DNA of 64,000 nt from Felis catus (taxonomy: Eukaryota): assembly GCF_018350175.1 (NCBI RefSeq), contig NC_058368.1, positions 3,224,001-3,288,000 on the forward strand, in the 5' to 3' direction. Shown in pieces: positions 53,521 to 64,000 of the stretch. The position numbers and the translations under genes were made by a program. The first letter of the stretch is position 1; the number at the start of each line of letters is the position of its first letter. Under the pieces are notes generated by a model that was not told the DNA's origin, did not search any database, and worked only from the letters and a program-made list of their open reading frames with translations.

Positions 53521-56500
53521 TTTTTTTTAGTTTACAAGTCCAGAGTTTTAGAGAAACGGAGGTCATCGCCAGAAGTTGCCAACAGAGTTAATAGTGGTTC
53601 CTCTTGAGGGAGTGGTGCTGGGTGGGGTGTGCAGGAGGCAGGGCGCCCTTGCTTTTTAATTTGAAGCGCTCAGTATTATTTTATTTTTAAATATGAGCAC
53701 ACATTTTGCTTTAGTAAAAATGCACACACACACGGCTCTGGCTCCAGTTCTGAGTGATGCTAAGTGATTTTCCAATGTGGGGAGTCTGCAAAACAACATG
53801 CACATGGGGCACGGATACGTCATGGACGTATTTCCACCCAGAGGCTAGAGCGTTCATCACAGCCAGACAGTTACGCCGCCTTCCGTCTGTTCCATCTCCC
53901 CCGTCGCAGGGGAGAAAGGACTCCTTCCTCTTGAGCTCAGCCCTTGCTCTGACTTTACCCAAGTGCACCTACCTCAGCCTACTAGGCTCGGGTTTCCCCA
54001 TAAAGACTTATTGGACTTTCAGCATATTAGAACATGAACTTTTTGTTATGTAAAGGTATGGCTGAACATCGCTTTTTAAAAGGACGTGGAGTTTTGATTT
54101 GAAAATTTCCTCGTGGTATGGCATTTTACTCCCAAAGAAGGGGCGTGTCGGATGTTAGCAAAACAAAACAAAACAAAAACACCCAGAGTCAATAACAGCG
54201 CTAGACCATGGGAGAAAGGATTGCCAGCAGCTCAGGTAAAAGTTTCCTCCTGGGAGTATCTGGTGTTTTTCTCTAGATCTTGCTGAAATGAACTAATCAA
54301 AGAAAAAGGAAACAAATTCTCCTTTTAACTCTACCAGCCCTTGGTAAGGTAAATGTGTCAGTACCTCGGGTCTTCAAAACCATGCCCTCAAGCATTCTTC
54401 CTTTTGTATTGCACGAGTCGCCAGTCACGAAATTGGCTTTTTTCTTTTAAACAGCAGAATCGCAGTTTTTCTCCTATTGTTGACAAACTGAGGCGTGGCG
54501 AAATAACATGTTTGCTACAGCAAGCTCTCAGAAGGGCAGAAGGTCGTCCTGCTTCAAGCTCCAGAACGATATGCTTCTTCCCGTGGAAGTGAAGGAAAGA
54601 GCACCATCCAGAAGAAATCAGGACTCATCGGTGGGAGGTTCCAGGGCTCAAAGACATTTGGCAACATTGCTGATGCAGACATTCAAGTCAGAAGACCAGA
54701 TCTTGGCTTAGCTTCAAGGAGAGTGAGGTCTTTGTTGTACTCTGATGGAAACTTGCAGGGTTCTCTGATAGGTGTTAGGGTTTTAAAGGAATGAGATACT
54801 GACATTAAATTTGCACCAATTATTTTGCAAAATCTTCAAATCCATAGAAATGGCCCCATTTCTGCTCCAAAATGGGGTTTGGACACGTCATGTGTTACCT
54901 TTGTGTTAGTTTTACATTTGTGTCCTTGTATTTGTTTTTTTTTTTCCTTTTCCCTGTTGGGTTTCTAGCTTTTTGCTTTGGGTTCAATTTTAGGTGGTTG
55001 TAAAAGGTCAAACCCTTGGTGAATAATTTTCAGAATGTTCAGTGCCTTGGAACTTCTAATATGGAGATCTTTTTTTGGTAAGATTCATCAGCAATGCTTT
55101 AATATTCCAAAAGAGGGAGGTTATATTCATCTAAGCTCTGGGAATCTCATTTTCACACATGTAAATAAAGAAATCCCAGATATCATTTTAGTGCGTCTTT
55201 TTTGCCAACAAGAATCCTACCTGATGGAGTTATGAAGGAAGGCATGAGCCATGTTACTATATTCTGAGGCTTAATCTGTCGAAGTCAAAATGTACTGTTA
55301 GTAATTTCCACAGGTCTTTGAAAGCTCTACCTAGACTTGATTCCGTGCCAAGATAATACAACCCGTTTTCTTTTTCCTAAGGGAATTTGGTATTTCTTTC
55401 TGGATCCACATTTTCTCTGTTACTCTGAATCTTACATCTGCCTCCAGCTATGACTACGCCTAACACATTGCTGCCACATTTCCAAACAGATTTCACTGCG
55501 TCTTGAAAACATAGATGTAGTGAAGTTCTATATGTCGTTTGCGGATTATCCAGTTCATGGAATGAATGCTATCCATGGTGGTACTTGCTTTTACAGCCTC
55601 TTCACACCATAGAGACCCAAGTATTTTTGTCCCTGCGGATTTGGACTCCCTGCTATTTTATATTAACTGAGCTCTAGAAGAAATGTGCACAAAAGTTTAA
55701 GGGTGGCAGGGGGGCCAGGGGGGCACCCACAGCAATAGTGTAGATTTTATCCTGTATTTCCCATTTCCTAGGAGCCCACCACAAAGTTTTGGGTACATTG
55801 TATACACCGCAAATTTTCTCTTGCTCTAGAGCATTTCTGAGAAGATTTCCTTGAGGTCTTGGATTGAGGTCCCAATTATGCGTACGTGTTATTATGTTGC
55901 CTTCGAAGCATCGATAGCACTGAGTCTATTGAGATAGGAGCCTGTTTCTCTCAAACCTAAGGGAGAGTTGCTAACCCTTTTGAAAATTGTCCAGATTTTC
56001 TATTTTCCTCCTTTCCCTCCCTTCTAGTTTTCCTACGATTTTAGGTCCCCCAGTTTGCTACACTCAATCTTCCGTAGACATAGAAACCATCCATGCTTGC
56101 TAGGGGTGTTTGTAAAGTAAGACTATAAAGGTTCTGGCCAAAGAATTGTCTGATAGTTTCATGGACTGTAGAATGTCCATTGGCCTTCTTAGGAATCCCC
56201 CTTCCCTTTTTATTTTGCATATTTCCCTATTCTCGGCTAGATGCTAGATCAAAGGTTTGTAAATTGTGTTCCAGGACCCCAGAGAGGTGCTGAGGGGCCA
56301 CCTCAGGTGGAAACTAGAGCATCTTTCTCTTGCCCCTCAACCTGCCAGCTGGTGCATCACCACATGTGATTGGGCTTACAAGAAAAGCTCATGTTGGTTA
56401 CACAGGTCGAAAAGCACAGTTGTAGATGGAAGAGGCTATGACACAGTTAAATTACATTTAAGTAAATAAGTAAATCCAGCCATGAAGACATACGCAGCAG

Positions 56501-59500
56501 ATGTTTGAAGCTCTCTTATTGACAGATGCATCGTCTATTGGTACAACTGTAATCAACACAATACCACTCAAACCACAAAATTCTTTCGACGGAGATAAAC
56601 GAGTGAAGACGGAGGCTTGTAGAAGATGACGCGCGGGTCGTAAAAAATGGGTTTGGCTAATCTTTGGGGGGTTCTGCCGAATGACTTCTCCCTCCATATT
56701 AAACCCTTGTGATTTCAAGGAAAATGTAACCCATATGTTTCTGATTCAATTACTCTTAACTCATTAAATGTTTTTTTGAAAAGCTATTTGAAATTCGAGA
56801 AGCCTTTTTATGGGCTTTAGTAATCCTTTGTTCTTTGAATTAGGAAGGAGAATATTGCCAAGAGTTAATGGTACTTGAACCTCAGGACGCTTGAGGGGAT
56901 TCTAAACTTAGCAAAAGGTCCGGCATCCTGTCACAACCAATGACTTGGGTACTTGCAAACTCTGTGCCACTTGCGACCCCTTCCACATGCCTGATGATGT
57001 GGGATCATTTCTTTTACATGTGGCAATGACCTCTGCATGCCAAATAGCTCTTGCTGCTGAAGCTCTCGCGACATCCATGAGTGGAACACAAGTTTAAGTT
57101 ATCATCAGTTTTTTTGGAGGGGCGCTAATTAAATAAAAACCTAACACGCTGAGAGGCAGAAGTCACTATTCTTCCAAAACAAGAGAAAAAAAGAAGTCAC
57201 TACTCTTCTTAACTTTTTCTTATTGTTATAGGTCAGAATATATAGACAGTTCAAGTTAACTTTGAGCACGTGTCGTACATTCGCCCAAAGAGAAGGACGC
57301 AGTTGGTAACTTAAGTGACAGTGAACGTTCAAAAAATGAAATGGCAGAATTCCTCAGAACGAGAACTGAAAAATGTATGTACGCAGAGAACACAGATGTG
57401 CTGAGTAATACTAATGGCTTATGCTCTATTAACAAAAGAAAGGTTTATTTGCAGTAACTACCGATTTTTGAGACCCCGGCTGCTATCTGCGTATCAGACC
57501 TGAGGACTCAATCGGCAGGAAAGAAATGTTCTCTCTAGCTTAAGGGTGGGAAGAATTTGTTGGCTTTTTGTTTGTTTTAATAAGTTGAATCATGAAAAAT
57601 TCCTAGGAATAAAAGCCATGAAGGCACAGAAGCCACAACGGAGAACCATGGAGTTTGACTATTGAATGTGAAGAATTGGTGTATTCATGGCTCCCTAGAA
57701 GCCAGAGACAAAATGGCTCATTTGGATCTATGGTCTCAAATAGCTCAGGAGAGAGGAATAGAAAAGCCAGCCCTGGCAGGTAGACAACAGTGGTAACTAC
57801 CATACATAAGCCCAAGACGAACAGCCTAACGTACTACGTAAGTGTGTGGGTATCTCTAATCATCAACGTTATCGGTGCCAACATTATCTTCCCGTGTAAA
57901 AGTTTATGTGGAAAAGAGTTGAAGCATACTGTATATTCTCCTTGGGAAAGGAGACAGAACTCCATCTGAGGAGGTCCAGTCATGTTTTTCTACCACCGCG
58001 CGTTGCAAAGTTTCCTGTATAAATAGAGCAGTATTTTGTTCGCTGCAGTGACTGGGGGTTTCTAAGGGAAGCAATACAGGACGACTTCAAAGATCGGGAC
58101 TTCTAAACTCGTAGAACTAAACATGAAACATATGATCTCTTACCTCCATTTGCTTCCAGATAAATAGAAATTTCCTAGTGCATCGACAATGTTTACTTTA
58201 TTTTATTTGTCTGGCAATTGTAGAAGAAGGTCAAAGATGGCTTTTGAATGAAGGTCATGATTGTTTACACGGCACAAGCACCTACTTAGATAGAACCAAA
58301 TGTTTTCAAATAAAATCTTCTAGACAAATTAACTTTAATTAAGGGTAAGGGTGTGAAAACATTTTGTGAGAATGTCACGAAAACTCACATCCCATGAAAT
58401 TAACTCAGAATGAACAAGAGCTATTCAGTGCCTCCCCAATCACCCTCTGATCAGGGTGTTGGTGAAAGACTTTACATAAAAATATGATGGGCCGTCTGGT
58501 AAGTGTGACGTATATGGAACCACTCAACTTCGTGACTCCAAACCCTGCAATAAGGGAGAATTTAGGCGTGAAGATTTTTTTTTTTAATTAATAAAAGTAT
58601 ACTCACAAATGAAGCGTTTACAGATGCAGGAATTGTTTTTAAAGCGAAAAAAAAATAAGCTGCCCAACACAAATTTACAACTTCTTATCAGCACTGTAAT
58701 GTACATGGGCTGTAAAATGATTTGTAAAAAAAGAAAAAGAAAGTCTACCAGCAATCCTGCTTCTTTTTGACTCATTTCCCTTTTGCAGTGTTAGCCCGTG
58801 ACATGCGCAGCATAACAGTGCCCCCTAAACTACCTGAGAGTGGATGCAAACTTACACTCAGCCCGGGACAATAATGTGGGAAAGACACCAGTCTAGCCAA
58901 AGAAGCAGACACAGGGAGCTTCCAAAAACAAACAAAAGTTGTATTTGTTTTTTTAAAAATGAGTCTCCAATTTTTCATGTCAATATAGATAATCTGCTTA
59001 ATAAAATATCGAGTTTTGTTATTTTTCTTTTCTTCTTCTCAAACGTAGGAGTCGTCCTGAAGTATTCGAGGTATGTGAGGCATTGGAAAAATAAACCTGC
59101 ACGGGGCAGAGGCACAGATGGTTTCTGTGTTTAATGATTTTCCTCCTTCTGCTTCTTTTCATTGTGTTTTAAAGATTTTTTTTTTTATTTGTGGTTGCCG
59201 CCCTTTGCTGGCCGACACAAGCTGTGGGTCCTGTGGGGACCAGGGTCCCTTAGAGGTCACCATAACGCCAATCAAGCTCGAGGTCTGTGCAGCAGAACTG
59301 AAACCCAGTGATGTCCAGGGGGAGACAACAGCTTCTCATCCCTCCGAAACCAAAAGGCAAATTGGCTTGTCTTGATGCTTTATCTCTGGCAATGATTTTA
59401 ATTCATTGCTTACTCTGCTTACCTCAAAGAATTAAAATTAAGGTAGCTTTAACTTTGCTTGTATATATTATTTGAAATAAATCCCTTGAAAACACCTATG

Positions 59501-59614
59501 TAGTGAATTAAAAAAGAAAAACAAGGACAGAATCAGGGACAATTCGATACCTTCTTGATTTTATTGTCAGATGTAACTTTGTTCTTCCCTTTCTCCTTTC
59601 TTGTTTGGACACGT

Positions 59615-60038
59615 ACTGACCAGACTCCATAAACTGAACAGACGTCAATATACTGATCAGACAGCCGTATACTGACCAGACTCCAATATTCTGACCAGAC
59701 TCCATATACTAAATAGACTCTATATTCTGATTAGACTCCAATATACTGACTAGACTCCCTATACTGAACAAACTCCAATGTGCTGACCAGACTCCAATAT
59801 ACTGACCAGGTTCCAATATAATAAACAGACTCAGTACACTGACCAGACTCCAATATGCTGACCATACTCTATATACTTAACAGACCCCAGTGTACTAACG
59901 AGGCTCCAATACAACGAACAGGCTCAATACACTGACAAGACTCCATACGCTGATTAGACTCCAACACACTGGCCAGACTCCATATACTGACCAGATTCCA
60001 CACACCGACCAGACTGCGTATACTGATCAGACTCCAAT
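59615..60038. repeat. Minisatellite, about 23 copies of an 18-19 bp unit ACTGACCAGACTCCA(A)TAT
   Basis: Units counted by eye; head-to-tail, diverged, no spacers. Confidence 0.97.
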
Positions 60039-60986
60039 GACAGCTAATAACAATTCTCAGAACAATCTAGTTTAGATATGACATCTAATTCCCCACACCT
60101 TCAGCCCATCTTTACTACTAACGTTTATCTCATTTGTCGGCAAGAAATGGAGGCTGAGGAGGAGGAAGGGAAGGGGATAAAGAAGGTGTTGTGGTTTAAG
60201 ACGATTTGAAAACATTTACTTCCAGGCTCCCGTTCACCATTTCTTCGCAGAACGTGTCTGGCCCCAGGTGAAGTCCAAGAGAAACAAAGATGTGGGAGGC
60301 ACCAGCTTGCAATTCGGCCGTGACCATATCCCCAGGAGTGCGCCATGATGGGATGAAGCCAGGGCACGGGTGGGATCTCCATGGCGGTGAGCAGAGTTGG
60401 GAGCCCTCTCCAGCAGCAGGATGGTCAGGGAAGTCGTCCTGAAGGAGGTGTCATCTAAAGGCATGAATCTCAGGCTCCTCTCTGTTGGCACAGCCACACC
60501 CCTCTGGCGGCTGCACCCATGCCCTGATCTCTTTTAGAGGGCTCCTCTACCCTACCACCCACTTTCCTCTCCTCCCATCCTTCCCAGTCTAGGCTTAACT
60601 TGGAGATGGCCCGTTGTACTCCTTCGGGTCCTCATCAGTGAGGAGATGCATCTATTGTCCATTACGAGGAAGAGTGCAGGAACCCACAGGAAACGATTAG
60701 AAGCACAATCTGGAAAGGAAGAGGAGGGAATAATTTGGTGCTGAAACACTGAAGTGTTGTGAGTTATCTCCTGGACAACCGGAACTGTGAGAGATGCTTT
60801 CACGATAATGATCATGCCTCCTCGGGGCTCTGTGTTCTTTTATTCCAGGGCTGGTAAGTCTCAGCGGATGTGTCGGAATTCGGAGAGTAGGAGTAAGCTG
60901 ACTTTCACGATGCTGCTGCCACCCAAAAGATGGCACGTGGATGGACAGTACACATCCCAAGGCTAGAGCCCAGTTACTACCCAAAA

Positions 60987-60988
<2 letters not shown>

Positions 60989-61018
<30 letters not shown>
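60989..61018. repeat. (TG)n microsatellite
   Basis: Read directly; similar tracts at about 51688-51710 and 51971-51996. Confidence 0.95.
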
Positions 61019-61021
<3 letters not shown>

Positions 61022-61745
61022 GTGGAAATGGGAGAAGGAGTTGGAAAGTTGGGGCCATGAAGATGGGTAGCGATGTGAGAGGTTGGGCAGGGGGCTAAGA
61101 ACATTCTGTTTCTCTGTAGCACCTCATTTCGGCTCATCTTGTAAGTCTAGAAAACTAGAAGACACATCAGCCCTGACAGTGCTTGCCAGAAGGCTCCTTA
61201 TCGGGACCAGCCCCACCTCTCACATTCTCAGCCTCTGCCTCAGAGTGTCCTCGCTAATGGGTCGAGAGACAAGAGCAATGCCACATCTGTATTTCCTGCT
61301 TCACCAAGCCCTCCCTGATGTACCAGAGATGTCCAATTGTGCCTCTGAGATCCTGGCCATTCTTTCCTCCATCTTGGAGATCTTTATCTTTCAGCGTGTT
61401 CCAAAGTATGATGGGTCCCTTTAGACACAAAGGTGTATTTGAATTTTTCAGTGGTGTTCCGGAAGTCACAAGACTCAATGCAGAGCCTTGATTATGGTCT
61501 GAAGGTAGCTGGACAGACCTGAGTCTCAGTGCGTTCATTGGGGGATTTTATGACCTGATGTGTCTCTGGGCTCATGTACTGGGCGGTGGGTCTTCAGCTG
61601 GTCTTGAGAGCAGGCAAAAGCCCACCGTTCAGAGAGGAAGCTATATAGTAAGTACCTAGGACAGGAAATGCATGGAAAGTTGAATTGGTACAGGAATGAC
61701 CAGTAAAAATCTCCATGACTTTCTTTAAGGAAGCATTTATATTTC

Positions 61746-61922
61746 AGAACTATGCCATCCAGTACAGTAGCCAGTAGCCATTTGTGACCATTAAAATTAA
61801 AATGAATCGCACTACCCACACTTCAAGTGCTCAGTACCCACATGTGGCTCATGACTGCCATTTGGACAGTGCAGATATGGAACCCTTCCATCAATGCAGA
61901 AAATTCTGTGATGATCATTGCC
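61746..61922 (+). mobile_element. hAT-Charlie MITE (MER3-like)
   Basis: TCCAGTACAGTAGCCAGTAGCCATTTGTG...CTTCAAGTGCTCAGTACCCACATGTGGCT...TTGGACAGTGCAGATATGGAACCCTTCCATCAATGCAGAAAATTCT. Confidence 0.85.
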
Positions 61923-62045
61923 ATTTAGAGAGTTCCTATTGAATGCGACTATGGAATGTTGCTTTATTTATGGGGTTGTCTTCTAGATGGAACCCCGAGT
62001 CCCATCAAGGAATCATTCTTTTATAAGAATCAATGTCTTCCACCT

Positions 62046-62249
62046 CTTTTTTTTTTAATTTTTAGAGAGAGACAGAGAGATTGTGAGCAGAGGAGAGGAC
62101 AGAGGGAAAGAGAGTGAGAATCTTAAGTAGGCTCAACTCTCCGTGCCGAGCCAGACATAGGGCTGGCTGGATCCTGTGACCCTGGGATCATGACCTTAGC
62201 TGAAATCAAGAGTTGGACTCTCAACCGACTGAGCCACCCAGATGTTCCC
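62046..62249 (-). mobile_element. Can-SINE
   Basis: Antisense head GGATCATGACCTTAGCTGAAATCAAGAGTTGGACTCTCAACCGACTGAGCCACCCAG. Confidence 0.92.
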
Positions 62250-62413
62250 TTTTTTTTATTTTTTTTTTAATTTTTAGAACGTTTTCTACGTCTTGTTTTT
62301 TTCCTGAAGAGAGTTTAATTCTGTTTTCAATTTGATGGCAAGATGTGAGGCTATTTGTTTTGCTTTGTTTGTTTGTTTTAATCTGCTTCTGTATTTGAAA
62401 TTCCTTTAACCTT

Positions 62414-62619
62414 GGGGAGCCTGGGTGTCTCAGTCAGTTGAGCCTCCGACTTCAGCTGAGGTCATAATCTTGTGGTTCACGAGTTCGAGTCCCACGTGGG
62501 GCTCTGTGCTTACAGCTCAGAAGCCCGCTTCGGATCGGTGTCTCCTTCTCTCTCTGCCCCTCTCCAGTTCTCTCTCTCTCTCAAAAATAAATAAGAACAT
62601 TTAAAAAATAAAAAAAAAG
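62414..62619 (+). mobile_element. Can-SINE
   Basis: AAATTCCTTTA on both sides. Confidence 0.93.
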
Positions 62620-63300
62620 AAATTCCTTTATCTTTAGAGTGATGACGTCACAATGAGACGGACGGGGGTTTGGAGTATCTGTATCTGTACAGGACCCCTG
62701 CTTTGTGAGCAGTTCCGGTAAGTGCCTCCTACATTGAGTTGTCACTGTCTGCACTTCCGTATTGAGAAACATGAGATAAACATTATTTTTACAGCATGCA
62801 ATCAACAATAAGCCAACAACACTTTATATTCAGACAAAAATATCTTCTCCATCCTCATTTGGCTGGAGTTTATATTGGGGCTTATATGTTAACACTAAAT
62901 AGTGAACGTTTAAAAATTTCTGAGCAAATGCAAGTACTTCAGCTCAGTGCAGAATGTCCATCTGGTCTCAGAGTGGCTGGTCTTCAAAAGGAGGAAGGTA
63001 GAAGGTAGGAAACATTAACACTCCATTCAGAAAACTCCTGCGGGGAGCAAACAGGGGTGAGAAAGGCAAGGAAGGCTGAGTATGGACACGCCAGCACTTG
63101 AGTACATTTTTAAATGATTTTGTTTCACTTGCAGTATGCAATATACAACTAATGATAACTCTGAATGACAGAGTAGGAAAGAGATGTGGCTTTGGACGTA
63201 GACATGCTTCTAACTTCTCTCTGTAGGCTGGTTTACTGTGCTTGTTTTCTTTAAAAAAAACTGATTATATAAATTCATCTAAAAAAAAAAAAGAAAGAAA

Positions 63301-63525
63301 GGGGCGTCTGGGTGGTTCGGTTGGTTAAGCATCCGACTCTTGATATGGGCCCAGGTCATGATCTCATGGTTTCAGTTTGTGAGATCGGGCCTTGAGTCAG
63401 ACTTCTGTGCTGACGGTATGAAACCTGCTTGGTATTCTCTCTCTCCCGGTCTCTGTCCCTTCTCCGCTTGCTTTCTCTCTCTTTCAAAATAGATAAAGAT
63501 TTAAAAATTTTTTTAAAAAAATTAA
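63301..63525 (+). mobile_element. Can-SINE
   Basis: GGGGCGTCTGGGTGGTTCGGTTGGTTAAGCATCCGACTC head and A-rich tail. Confidence 0.92.
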
Positions 63526-64000
63526 AGGTAGAGAGGAAAGTTGGCTTAGCACCCATCCATTCCAAATCCCTCAACACCACCTTACAGTGATAGAACAGTT
63601 GTAATTCACAGCCTCAAAAAAGCTACCTAAGAGCAGCTACAGTTCCAGTGTCTTTCGACATAAGGTGTTTTCCTTTATGGATTAGGAAGGAGTGCTTCTA
63701 TATTCAGTGTGAAATCTCTAAAACATTCACATATGTCTTATTTGTCTCCACAGTGGCCTTTTGTTTCTTCTGTGACTTGTCACTCCAACTTTCAGGTTTG
63801 AAAAGGGTGTCGATAAAATATGGCCAGTAAATGAGTAAACCAAACACGTTAGCGCTAACAAGAAAACTACACGGGAGTGTGATTGTATTTTTAGAAACAA
63901 GTAAAGTAGAAACCATATAAGTGGATGAGTTCTTTAAGAAAGTTTATCCTTTGCATTCAAAATGTTATCAACACAATTCTGATCAGATATTCAACAATCT

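Noticed and set aside
59615..60038. CRISPR-like array
   Set aside because: Units are contiguous with no unique spacers, there are no cas genes, and the context is mammalian.

Overview
Mammalian nuclear DNA from a carnivore, almost certainly a feliform or felid: about 28 tRNA-derived Can-SINEs of the SINEC_Fc type and felid-type L1 3' ends are present. The window is repeat-rich and looks intergenic or deeply intronic. It holds SINEs, old L1 (L1M4/L1MB/L1MD/L1ME-like), L2, MIR, L3/CR1, MLT1 and MER21-like LTRs, MER46C- and MER3-like DNA-transposon relics, and micro- and minisatellites. I cannot support any protein-coding gene. The only ORF I recognise is a decayed L1 ORF1 fragment (6406-6741); the rest are chance or repeat-derived. 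The main non-repeat landmark is a GC/CpG-rich promoter-like island at about 39.3-39.95 kb with ETS motifs, a G18 run and splice donors on both strands, suggesting a possibly bidirectional non-coding RNA locus. Other items worth checking are a 129-bp ungapped local duplication around a motif-dense spacer (43.7-44.7 kb), a 5'-complete but 3'-truncated L1 nested in another L1, two unusual tandem arrays, and CpG-rich patches inside ancient repeats. I see no convincing evidence of a new biological system. Repeat subfamily names come from recalled consensus motifs, and boundaries are approximate except where TSDs are quoted.
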